Source of the DNA: Octopus sinensis
Lineage: Eukaryota
NCBI RefSeq assembly: GCF_006345805.1
Contig: NC_043002.1
Location: 108,004,001 to 108,068,000 of the forward strand
Length of the DNA stretch: 64,000 nucleotides
Direction of reading: 5' to 3'
The notes beneath the pieces are model-generated. The model did no database searches, had not been told where the DNA came from, and worked only from the letters and a program-made list of their open reading frames with translations. The position numbers and the translations under genes are program-made. Shown here in pieces: positions 38,314 through 50,563 of the stretch. Each line of letters opens with the position of its first letter. Positions within the stretch are counted from its first letter, which is position 1.

Positions 38314-39686
38314 AAATATTATATATTCATTTCTAATCTAGGCACAAGGGCCGAAATCTTGGGGAAGGGGGCCAGTCAATTAGATCGACCCCAGTATGCA
38401 ACTGGTGCTTAATTTATTGACCCCGAAAGGATGGACAGCAAAGTTGACTTCAGCGGAATTTGAACTCAGAACGTAAAGACAGACAAAATACTGCCAAGCA
38501 TTTCACCAGCATGAACCTATTATATATTATAATATAGGTTACATATCATCATCATCATTTAACGTCCACCTTCCATGCTGGCATGGGTGGGACAGCTTGA
38601 CAGGAGCCGGCCAGGCAGAAACCTGAACCGGACTTCTGTGACTGTTTTGATAGGATTTTTACAGCTGGATGCCCTTCCTAACACCAATCACTCAGCAGAG
38701 AGGACTGAGTGCATTTTTATGTAGCACAAACACAGGCAAGGTCAGCTTTGGCAAGGTATTTACAGCTGGATGCCCTTCCAAATGCCAAACCACTTTACTG
38801 TGTGGACTGGATAATATATCATCATCATCGTTTAACGTCCGTTCTCCATGCTAGCATGGGTTGGACGGTTCGACCGGGGATCTGGGAAGCCAGAAGGCTG
38901 CACCAGGCTCCGGTCTTATCTGGCAATGTTTCTACAGCTGGATGCCCTTCCTAACGCCAACCACTCCGTGAGTGTAGTGGGTGCTTTTTACGTGCCACCT
39001 GCACTAGTGCCAGGCGAGGCTGGCATCGGCCATGGTCGGATTGGTGCATTTTACGTGCCACCGGCATGGAAGCCAGTTGAGGCGGCACTGGCATCGGCCA
39101 TGATTTGGATAGTGCTTTTTACATATCTCCAGTCCAGGGGTCCTGGCATAGGTGCCTGTCGTCGGATGAGGTTCGATATCGACTTCGCTTGCCTCAACAG
39201 GTCTTTGTGTGTCCAAGGGAGGAAAGGCATGCATAAGTGGGCTGGGCTCACTTGTCCTGCCTGGTCTTCTCACGCACAGCATATTTCCAAAGGTCTCAGT
39301 CGCTGGTCATTTCCTCAGTGAGACCATATATGTATAATTATTTTATATTATGCATGACCTTCTGTTGGGACAGAGCACTAACATTATAAAAGCAGTTGTA
39401 GTCTTTACACGTTTCGTCTCAAGTGATTCCTAACTAGACAGACCAAAGGCCAGTTGTGACTTGTCATTTTTCAGACATAACAACATATAAAGCCATATTA
39501 TCTAATGTGGCCTTCATTTTCTTTTTTTTTTTAAGAAAGCACCTGTGCTGGTGCCAAGCAAAAGTCACCTGATATGCTCCGAAGTGGTTGATGTTGAGAA
39601 GGGCATTCAGCCTTAGAAACCATACCAAAACTGACACCTGGAGCCTGGGCAGTACTCCAGCTGGTCAGGCTCCAGTCTCTCTCTCT

Positions 39687-39922
39687 CTCTTTACTCTTTT
39701 ACTTGTTTCAGTCATTTGACTGTGGCCATGCTGGAGCACCACCATTTAGTCGAGCAAATTGACCCCAGGACTTATTCCTTGTAAGCCTAGTACTTATTCT
39801 ATTGGTCTCTTTTTGCCGAACCGCTAAGTTATGGGGACATAAACATACCAGCATCGGTTGTCAAGCGATGTTGGGGGTGGAGGACAAACACAGACACACA
39901 AACATACACACACATACACACT

Positions 39923-39957
<35 letters not shown>

Positions 39958-40553
39958 AAGGGCTTCTTGCAGTTTCTGTCTATCAAATCCACTCACAAGG
40001 CTTTGGTTGGCCCGAGGCTATAGTAGAAGACACTTGCCGAAGGTGCCATGCAGTGAACTTGGAACCATGTGGTTGGTAAGCATGCTACTACCACACAGTC
40101 ACTCCTACACCTTTGCCATGGAAAAACCCATGCCAGCATGGAAAATGGATATTAAATGATGATGCTAATGATGATGTTAGTGTATAATTTATAGGAGATA
40201 TGGTGCTATTTCGGTACTAGTATAGTATGTGATCTACCATGTTGTCAAACAGTATAGCCAGGGTTATCTACCTTAAAAACTACTCGTTATCACCTCACCT
40301 CACCTTTCTACTTGCGCTTTACCTTACAATGAAATACTCTTTTACTCTTTTACTCTTTTACTTGTTTCAGTCATTTGACTGCGGCCATGCTGGAGCATCG
40401 CCTTTAGTCGAGCAAATCGACCTTGGGACTTATTCTTTGTAAGCCCAGTACTTATTCTATCGGTCTCTTTTGCCGAACCGCTAAGTGACGGGGACGTAAA
40501 CACACCAGCATCGGTTGTCAAGCAATGCTAGGGAGACGAACACAGACACACAA

Positions 40554-40590
<37 letters not shown>

Positions 40591-41400
40591 AAGGGCTTCT
40601 TGCAGTTTCTGTCTATCAAATCCACTCACAAGGCTTTGGTTGGCCCGAGGCTATAGTAGAAGACACTTGCCGAAGGTGCCATGCAGTGAACTTGGAACCA
40701 TGTGGTTGGTAAGCATGCTACTACCACACAGTCACTCCTACACCTTTGCCATGGAAAAACCCATGCCAGCATGGAAAATGGATATTAAATGATGATGCTA
40801 ATGATGATGTTAGTGTATAATTTATAGGAGATATGGTTGCTATTTCGGTACTAGTATAGTATGTGATCTACCATGTTGTCAAACAGTATAGCCAGGGTTA
40901 TCTACCTTAAAAACTACTCGTTATCACCTCACCTCACCTTTCTACTTGCGCTTTACCTTACAATGAAATACTCTTTTACTCTTTTACTCTTTTACTTGTT
41001 TCAGTCATTTGACTGCGGCCATGCTGGAGCATCGCCTTTAGTCGAGCAAATCGACCCTGGGACTTATTCTTTGTAAGCCCAGTACTTATTCTATCGGTCT
41101 CTTTTGCCGAACCGCTAAGTGACGGGGACGTAAACACACCAGCATCGGTTGTCAAGCAATGCTAGGGAGACGAACACAGACACACAAACACACACACACA
41201 CACATATATATATATATGTATATATACATATATACAACAGGCTTCTTTTAGTTTCCGTCTACCAAATCCACTCACAAGGCATTGGTCGGCCCGAGGCTAT
41301 AGCAGAGGACACTTGCCCAAGATGCCACGCAGTGGGACTGAACCCGCAACCATGTGGTTGGTTAGCAAGCTACTTACCACACGGCCACTCCTGCGCCTAT
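39687..41400 (-). mobile_element. Three same-orientation family A SINEs (39687-40112, 40337-40745, 40971-41400)
   Basis: Three consensus matches; the arrangement results from a 633-634 bp tandem duplication. Confidence 0.85.
39951..41217. repeat. Tandem duplication, 633-634 bp unit x2
   Basis: Offset 633 then 634 after a 1-bp indel; junctions lie in SINE-internal (AC)n(AT)n. Confidence 0.93.
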
Positions 41401-41419
41401 GTTGCTGAAAAATTTTTAT

Positions 41420-41585
41420 ACACGCCATCTTGACAGAGGAAACAGCAGTCACATTTTTAAAAGATTGCAATCTGCTGGATACACAAGAAGAAGCAGATCC
41501 CTGCCATCGATGTGGTGCTGTCATGCAGGAAAAGCTAAAGTGTGACAGAGGTGGACAATTCAGGCCTGTACTTCGTTGTGCTTGA
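41420..41585 (+). mobile_element. Possible Merlin/IS1595-like transposase N-terminal remnant
   Basis: EETAVTFLKDCNLL..PCHRCGAVM..RGGQFRPVLRC, a zinc-ribbon-like pattern recalled from memory. Confidence 0.4.
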
Positions 41586-41733
41586 TCGTTTCTGCCGGAA
41601 AAAGATGAGGAAAGACTCAGATGATTTACTTATATCATTCCTGAAATATCTGAAGTATTTTATCTCTGAAATATCTGGAAGATAAGGTAGATATCCCTTT
41701 TTGACACCGTGCAAGTAAGCCTGCATACTATAC

Positions 41734-41962
41734 TTATTTCTTTATTACCCACAAGGGGCTAAACACAGAGGGGACAAACAAGGACAGACATAGGTATTAA
41801 GTCGATTACATCGACCCCAGTGCATAACTGGTACTTAATTTATTGACCCCGAAAGGATGAAAGGCAAAGTCGACCTCGGCGGAATTTGAACTCAGAACGT
41901 AGCGGCAGACGAAATACCGCTAAGCATTTTGCCCGCCGTGCTAATGTTTCTGCCAGCTCACC
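41734..41962 (-). mobile_element. SINE family B monomer with TSD
   Basis: Full consensus; GCCTGCATAC(T/G)ATAC at 41719-41733 and 41963-41977. Confidence 0.85.
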
Positions 41963-43014
41963 GCCTGCATACGATACTAGCACTACTATTTCTATGTTCT
42001 TTCCTTGGTTCAAAGCCTTTTTATAACAAGTCTTACTTAGGACTCTTGATGCTGACTTTGAACTGCTTTTGGATGATAATACTACAACACGCACCATTTA
42101 ACATCATCGTCACCATCATTTAACGTCCATTTTTCCTTGCTGGTATGGGTTAGACAGTTTGACAGGAATCAAAAGCCAGAGAACTGCATCAAACTCTAAC
42201 GTCTGCTATGGCCTGATTCCTGCAGTCAGATGCTCTTCCGAATCCCAACCCTTAGGCAGAATGGACTCGGTGCTTTTCTCATGCCACCAACATTAGTGAA
42301 GATGCAATGTAGCTCATAAGACGAGACAGCACTTAACCGAGTGGAGAGATGTGGTATTGTGAGGGGGGCAAGGTGTTTTATTATGGGGGGGGGAGATGTG
42401 ATATTGTGAGGGGATTCGTGGGACTGCTTTGTGCCAGATGTTGAGAGGGTTAATAAAATTAACTGTTCTCACGGAGAATGAGAGTATAAAGTCATTAATC
42501 TTAACTAAATGGAGCCTCTACAGGGTCAATCCCTCTACTAGAAATGACAGCTAAATCATTCTCAATTCACACTCTTCTGCATTTTAAAAAAGGGAGACAC
42601 TAAATAATTTGAGAAAATCTGGAACAGTGACAGAAAGACTTGAATGGTCTGCTTCATTACACCTGACCTAAATTATAACACCAGAGGGGGGGAGCTTCAT
42701 GGATGCCTGACCGGCAAAAAATAGCCAAACCAATTCTGAAATTACATAAAAAAAAAGCTATTTTGGATAATGCAGTCTAATGAGACAGGATGGTCATAGA
42801 AAGACTGTCTCTGACTACAACTTTTTTTCCTGATCAGGACTGACCTGGGGCTATCAACAACAAACACCCCCACCCCTCATTAAAAGAGATGAAATATGAA
42901 AACAGTAAGACTGGAATTAGGTTTCTGATGTAAAAACAATGACATTGTTTGTGTAACTGAGCAGAAATTACATCTTTCATTATATGAAACCTATTTAATC
43001 TGATTACATAAATA

Positions 43015-43052
<38 letters not shown>

Positions 43053-43616
43053 TGTAATTAACGGAGATAGAAAACAGAATGAACTAAAACCTTGGTTCCC
43101 TCATACTTCCAATCCATAAAACCAATGTATTCAATATAGATTTTGTGTTAAATGACATGAAGTTCATTTGCCAAGACACAGTGGTTATCTGTTTATTATT
43201 CATGTTTATTCTGATGAAACCCAGAGAGAGAGAGAGCGAGAGAGAGCTTGGGTTGGATTTAGAGGTTACATGTTCTTATTAAACTGCACAGAGGGAAAAA
43301 AAAGATTTTTTTTTTTGAAGTACAAAGGTCATTTAGTTGCAAGTAAACATATAATCAGATCTATAAACTCATCATTAGAGAGAGAGAGAGAGTGTATGTG
43401 TATGTGACTGTGTGTGTGTGTGTGTAGTTATAAGACTTACATGAACTCAAGAGCACATGACAGCTTGCCCAAACAAAGAATTAATTTTTGAATAAATAAA
43501 AATAATTCTAAAACTGACTCAACATAAGGGGGCTACAACATAAGGCTGAAGAAATAAAATGGAAAGAATACATAACTCACAAAACAAAGGAAATGGGTGT
43601 AGTACTTGTATGTGTG

Positions 43617-43655
<39 letters not shown>

Positions 43656-44532
43656 TATATATATATCATCATTTAACATCCATTTTCGATGCTGCTATGG
43701 GTTCTATATATATATATATTTCTGTGAGAGTTAGAGGTTAGGAAACCAACCAAGGGATGGTGCCTATCCAATATACTGATGGCAGAAACGGTCGTAAGGA
43801 ACTGACTTTTTGTTTTTTTCTGTAATATTAATACGTGTATGTAACACATAGTAGTTACTACACGTGTATATTTTCTTCTAATACTTTCTAATGCTTTGGA
43901 ATAAATAGACACACTGGAATGTCTATCGGATGATGTATGTCGTTTTGTATCCTCTCCATTTTCTTATTTGCCATCAATATATATATACATACACATAAAG
44001 CATGGAGTAGCCATATCATTGTTTCATTATATTATTTAGTGTTCAAATTCCACCAAGGCCAACTTCATCTTTCACTCTTTCAGGGTCAATAAAGTAACAG
44101 TCAAGTACTGGGGTTGATATAACTGACTTGCCCCACTCCCTTAAAATTGCTGGCCTTGTACCAAAAACTGAAACTGTTATTATTATTATTATTATTATTA
44201 GGAAGGCAATGAGCTGACAGAGTCGTTAGTACACCAGGCAAAATGCTTAGCAGTATTTCGCCCGTCACTATGTTCTTAGTTCAAATTCTGCCAAGGTTGA
44301 CTTTGCCTTTCATCCTTTCAGGGTCGATAAATTAAGTACCATTGAAACACTGGGGTTGATTTAACCAACTTACTCCCTCCCCAAAAATTTCAGACCTTGT
44401 GCCTATAATAGAAAGGATTCTTCTTATTATTATTAAGACAGCAAGTTGGCAGAACTGTAACCATGCTGTACAAAATGCTTAACAACATTTCTCCCAGTTC
44501 TTTAAGTGCCAAGGTAGACTTAGCTTTTCATC

Positions 44533-45304
44533 TTGCTGCCAAGTCGAAGGTGATGAGGTCGTTGGTTCTGACTGACATCTGGCAGCCAATATCTCTCGCG
44601 GGCGAGGACCTGGAGGATGTGGAGTCTTTCATCTACTTGGGCTGAACGGTGATCCCAAATGGTCAGGGCGCAGCTGAGGTCGATCATCGCATCAATGCTG
44701 CTCGATCTGTCTTTGGACGCCTAAAACGGTGTCTGTGGGGCCAAAGGGAGATCTCATCGGTGACCAAAGGGCGAATATATCAGGCCGTCGTTCGTACAGT
44801 ACTTCTCTATGGCAGTGAAACGTGGCCTATGCGGGTGGTCGATCAACGAAGGCTGGAAGTCTTCGACAATGACTGCCTCCGGTGCATTATTTGCTGCCGT
44901 CGGGTGGATCGAGTTCCCACCACCAATCTCCGACTTTGCCCGTCTCTGCGGCCCCTTCCATCTGTCCTTCTGCAATGGTGCTTGCGGTGGTTTGGCCATG
45001 CATGTAGGCGTCCGGTGGGTGAACTGAGCCGTGATGTCCTTCTCCCAACTCCACTTCCCAACTGGCAGAAACGCACGGGCGGGCAGCTGAAGACCTGGGT
45101 TACGACGATCAAGGAGGACCTCTCTGTGCTCACGGGACCGCAGGTGGTTGGCCTGCGCCGATGGAACTGTGACTGGCTCGCTATCTCCAGTGAACTGGCG
45201 CAGGACCGTCATGCGTGGGCTGCCATGGTTCTAGATGCCTTGAGGGTGGTAGAAGGAGCCGACTCAACCCACCCAGGGTGAATGTCGCCACAAGTACAAG
45301 TAAG
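44533..45304 (+). mobile_element. 5'-truncated GC-rich RTE LINE with 12-bp TSD, inserted in a family B SINE
   Basis: ESFIYLG..RIYQAVVRTVLLYGSETW..RWFGHACRR..GGQLKTW..SELAQDRHAW..STHPG; caagta tail; TAGCTTTTCATC at 44521-44532 and 45305-45316. Confidence 0.9.
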
Positions 45305-45407
45305 TAGCTTTTCATCCTTTTAGGAGTCAATAAAACAAGTACCAGTTGTGCACAGTGGGGTTGATGTAACTAACTAGCTTTCTCTCACAAAAATTTCAAG
45401 CCTTGTA

Positions 45408-45849
45408 CTCTTACTCTTTACTCTTTACTCTTTTACTTGTTTCAGTCATTTGACTGCGGCCATGCTGGAGCACCACCTTTAGTCGAGCAAATTGACCCCG
45501 GGACTTGTTCTTTGTAAGCCCAGTACTTATTCTATCGGTCTCTTTTGCTGAACTGCTAAGTGACGGGGACGTAAACATACCAGCATCGGTTGTCAAGCAA
45601 TACTAGGGGGACAAACACAGACACACAAACATATATACACACACTTACATATACATATATACGACAGGCTTCTTTCAGTTTCCGTCTACCAAATCCACTC
45701 ACAAGGCTTTGGTCGGCCCGGGGCTATAGCAGAAGACACTTGCCCAAGATGCCACGCAGTGGGACTGAACCTGGAACCATGTGGTTGGTTAGCAAGCTAC
45801 TTACCACACAGCCACTCCTGCGCCAATGCACAGCCACTCCTGCGCCTAT
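45408..45849 (-). mobile_element. SINE family A
   Basis: Consensus match; cacagccactcctgcgcc duplicated at the head end. Confidence 0.85.
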
Positions 45850-48245
45850 ACTGTACCTACAGTAAAAAGACTTATTAGCGAGAAAATATAAAACAGGATG
45901 GAATTAGCAAATGGTTTGGTTTAGATTGTGGCACAAACAAATTCCTTACAAGAATATTTACTAATTCTCTCCAGAGATTGTATTCAATTGTATTCAGAAT
46001 GCAGAATCAAAGCAGTTTTTTGTTTCTGTCATAATAAAACACAAGTGAGAGGTACAAACAATTTTAATTCAAATTGTTATGTAAAACCGAACAACAACAT
46101 TAATAATATTAATAAGAAGGAGAGGGAAGAGGAGGATTTCTGATACACAGGTACAAGATAAACAAATTTACAGGTGAGGTGTGTAGTGGATTAAATCATA
46201 AATCAGCAGCAATATTTTGATTGATTTCTGCTCCACCTATAAGGATGAAATACCTTGTCAACCCAGATGTGAGATGTGAAACAAGGAGAAAAGAAATAAA
46301 CATTGCTAAGGATTTCCTTGACAACCCATTGATTTCCCCATTCCACACTTGAATAATAATAATAAGAAGAAGAAGAAGAAGGAGGAGGAGAAGAGAAGCA
46401 GCAGCAACAACAACAACAGTAACAACAGCATCAGCAGCAGCAACAGCAACAACAACAATAACAACAACAACATAGCCATGTGTTGAGAGGAATTCTTTGG
46501 GGTTTGAATAATTTACCTCTGAAAACAAGGGTGTTTCATTTAACATCCTTAACCCTTATTCAAGGACCTTTTGAGTGGGACAGGCTACTCGACCTGAAGA
46601 AAATTCTAACTGGGTCCCACCTGCAAGGTCATGTGCTGTTTATCTTCATATGAGATCATTGTGTTGCGCACATATGGTTGTGATGCATGTGGCCAGGTGT
46701 ACCCTTATCAGCCGGGTAGTCATGATGGTGTATGCTGCTCTCTCACTCAAGCAAAAAGCCCTGAAATTTGTAGGAGGGTGCTAGCCGATTACATCATCCC
46801 TAGTGCTCATCTCATACTTACTTTATCAATCCCAAAAAGGCAAAAAACAAAGTTAATTTTGGTAGGGTTTGAACTTAAAATGTAAAGAGCTGAAAAATAT
46901 GAAGCATTTTGTCTGAGATGGTAACAACTCTACAAGCTTGGAGTTTTACTGTTAATAATAACTTCTTTATTTGCATGAAGGGCAAGAGATGAGGGGAAAT
47001 TTAACAAATCATTTTTAGAATAAATGTTCTTCTATAATTATATATTTTGTGTCACACAAAGGAAAATATCTGCAATATCATTAGCATGATATTACTTGGT
47101 TACTAATTATATATATAATAGCTGGCCCCATGCTGTCAAAAATGACGGCTAATTGTTGTATTTTATATATAAATATGGATGGTAAATCGAATTAAAACAC
47201 TTGTTAATGTTATCTAGTGGTTGCTTTTTGAGATGTGACATCAATCATCATTTGTTACTGAAAGAACACTGGTTCACATACAAACATTCACATACATTCC
47301 TTGTACATGCACACACTTGTACACATATACTCACACAAAGTTGAAACGCTGTTTGATTTTTCTTTTCAGCGTTGCACACACATTCACTTGTCCCCCCCCT
47401 TTTACATACACACACACATACTCACAGAGAGTCCCACTACCAGTCTGCCATCACCCTTTCCTTCCTTATTCATCTATCACCCCTTCCTTTCTCATTCATA
47501 TGTTGTGACAGAGAAAAACACAAGAGTATTATAGTAGATATATACATATATTATTCTTCAACAAGAACATTATTAACAGTGATTTTGAAGTTTTGGCCAG
47601 TTAAGCCATCCTTGGATATAATGATCTTTTGGTATTAATACTGCTAATATACTTTTACTTGTTCAGTCATTTATTTGACTGCGGCCATGCTGGAGCACCG
47701 CCTTTAGTCGAGAAAATCGACGCCAGGACTTATTCTTTGTAAGCCTAGTACTTATTCTATTGATCTCTTTTCCCGAACTGCTAAGTTACAGGGACGTAAG
47801 TACTACCACCATCGGTTGTCAAGCGATGTTGGGGGACAAACACAGACACACAAACATATACACACACATACATATATACGACGGGCTTCTTTCAGTTTCC
47901 GTCTACTAAATCCACTTGGCCCGAGGCTATAGTAGAAGACACTTGCACAAGGTGCCACGCAGTGGGACTGAACCCAGAACCATGTGGTTGGTAAGCAAGC
48001 TACTTACCACACAGCCACTCCTGCACCGAGTGTTTCAGTGGTTGTTGTCATAGAGACTGACTGTCACATCCAATAAGATGGGAATGGTCTTTTTAAGGGC
48101 TCACATAAATCAGAAACAAAGGGTTGAGTGGAGTTGTTTGGTTGCTGATGACTTGGTGTGACCAGCTGGACATTCAGTGACAGAACTCTTTGACACTGGA
48201 GGCCAACACACAGAAGAAATGCACACATACAGATAGAGAGAGAGA

Positions 48246-48907
48246 GGTGAGCTGGCAGAAATGTTAGCATGCTGGGCGAAATGCTTAGCAGTATTTCGTC
48301 TGCCGCTACGTTCTGAGTTCAACTTCCGCCGAGGTCGACTTTGCTTTTCATCCTTTCAGGGTCGATTAAATAAGTACCAGTTATGCACTGGAGTCGATAT
48401 AATCGACTTAATCTGTTTGTCTGTCCTTGCTTGTCCCCTCTACGTTTAGCCCCTTGTGGGTAGTAAAGAAATAGGTATTTCGTCTGTCGCTACGTTCTGA
48501 GTTCAAATCCCTCCGAGTTCAACTTTGCTTTTCATCCTTTCAGGGTTGATTAAATAAGTACCTATTTCTATTTCTTTACTACCCACAAGGGGCTAAACAC
48601 AGAGAGGACAAACAAGAACAGACAAACGGATTAAGTCGATTATATCGACCCCAGTGCGTAACTGGTACTTATTTAATCGACCTGAAAGGATGAAAGGCAA
48701 AGTCAACCTCAGCGGAATTTGAACTCAGAACGTAGCGGCAGACGAAATACGGCTACGCATTTCGCCCGGCATGCTAACGTTTCTGCCAGCCCACCGCCTG
48801 ATTAAATAAGTACCAGTTATGCACTGGGGTCAATATAATCGACTTAATCGTTTGTCTGTCCTTGTTTGTCCCCTCTGTGTATAGCCCCTTGTGGGCAGTA
48901 AAGAAGT
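48246..48907. mobile_element. Family B dimer with an inverted family B copy nested in it
   Basis: Plus head and bodies interrupted by a minus copy (about 48563-48799) flanked by GATTAAATAAGTACC at 48548-48562 and 48800-48814. Confidence 0.8.
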
Positions 48908-49197
48908 AAGAAAGAGAGAGAGAGAGAGAGAGAGTGATTACAATTTAACTGAACATAATTGATATAAACGTTTTCCCTCTCCTCATACGCATAAATTGAA
49001 ATATACTCACATAAAAACAGGAGTGAGGGAAGGAGAGGTAGTGAGAAATGTTAAACTGTCTGATGTCAGTAGTGAATCAGCAATGGCAAAATGGTTAAAG
49101 TCAAATGTCTCGTGAGTGATGCTCAGCATCTCCATCCTAAACCTCTCAGAAAACATCAAGTCATACAATTAGCAGAGGTCTCTGCTGTTTGAGGGTA

Positions 49198-49389
49198 CTC
49201 TTTTACTCTTTTACTTGTTTCAGTCATTTGACTGTGGCCATGCTGGAGCACTGCCTTTAATCGAGCAAATTGACCCTGGGACTTATTCTTTGTAAGCCCA
49301 GTACTTATTCTATCGGTCTCTTTTGCGAAACCGCTAAGTGACGGGGACGTAAATACACCAGCATCGGTTGTCAAGCAATGCTAGGGGGA

Positions 49390-49437
<48 letters not shown>

Positions 49438-49620
49438 CATATATATACATATATACGACAGGCTTCTTTCAGTTTCCATCTACCAAATCCGCTCACAAGG
49501 CATTGGTCGGCCCGGGGCTATAGCAGAAGACACTTGCCCAAGATGCCACGCAGTGGGACTGAACCCAGAAACATGTGGTTGATTAGCAAGCTACTTACCA
49601 CACAGCCACTCCTGCGCCTA
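49198..49620 (-). mobile_element. SINE family A
   Basis: Consensus match with internal (AC)n. Confidence 0.85.
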
Positions 49621-50003
49621 ACAAATACGATAACAAATATATCCCAGAACCTCACATTTGCAGCTAACTGGTTCTACTTCTGAAGAAATGGTAAATGAAA
49701 GGACATTCCAGTGATATTGCAAATTTATGTTATTTTAATATTGTTAATAATTTGAAGTATTTAACATCATTATTGATGACATGGATAGACTAATTACATA
49801 TTAACCATAATGAGAAAATGACAATGGAATTTTAACATATGAAGAGTGAAGAAATAGCAGATAATAAGCCTGGCATAATTTTCTATGACAAAAATTAGTG
49901 TACTAATAACTGACACAGTAAAGAAATGTGTTGTATAGATGTGAGATGGAGAGGTGAGGAATTACGCCGACATCACTGTTGAATTAGATAGTATTGCCAC
50001 AGT

Positions 50004-50041
<38 letters not shown>

Positions 50042-50563
50042 AAAGAGAGAGAGAGGGAGAAAGAGAGAGAGGAGAAGAGAAGGAGCGAGAGAGAAGGAGA
50101 AAGAGAGAGAGGAGAGAAAGAAGAGAGAGAGGGAGAAAGAGAGAGAGGGAGAAAGAGAGAGAGAGGGAGAAAGAGAGAGAGTGGGAGAAAGAGAGGAGAA
50201 AGAGAGAGGGAGAACGAGAGAAGGAGAAAGAGAGAAGGAGAAAGAGAGAGGGATAAAGAGAGAGGGAGAAAGAGAGAGAAGGAGAAAGAGAGAGAAGGAG
50301 AAAGAGAGAGAGGGAGAAAGAGAGAGGGAGAACGAGAGGAGAAAGAGAGAAGGAGAAAGAGAGAGGGAGAAAGAAAGAGGGTGAAAGAGAGGAGAAAGAG
50401 AGAGGGAGAAAGAGAGAGGGAGAAAGAGAGAGAGGGAGAAAGAGAGAGAGGGAGAAAGAGAGAGGGAGAAGAGAGAGAGGGAGAAAGAGAGAGAGGGAGA
50501 AAGAGAGAGAGGGAGAAAGAGAGAAGGAGAAAGAGAGAGGGGGAGAAAGAGAGAAGAAAGAGA
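50004..50563. repeat. About 560-bp almost pure GA tract
   Basis: Degenerate GAGAGAGGGAGAAA units. Confidence 0.95.

Noticed and set aside
46594-46620. Other CTGA[A/T]GA hits (46594, 49680, 55432) as hammerheads
   Set aside because: No stem II plus GAAA plus stem I arrangement.
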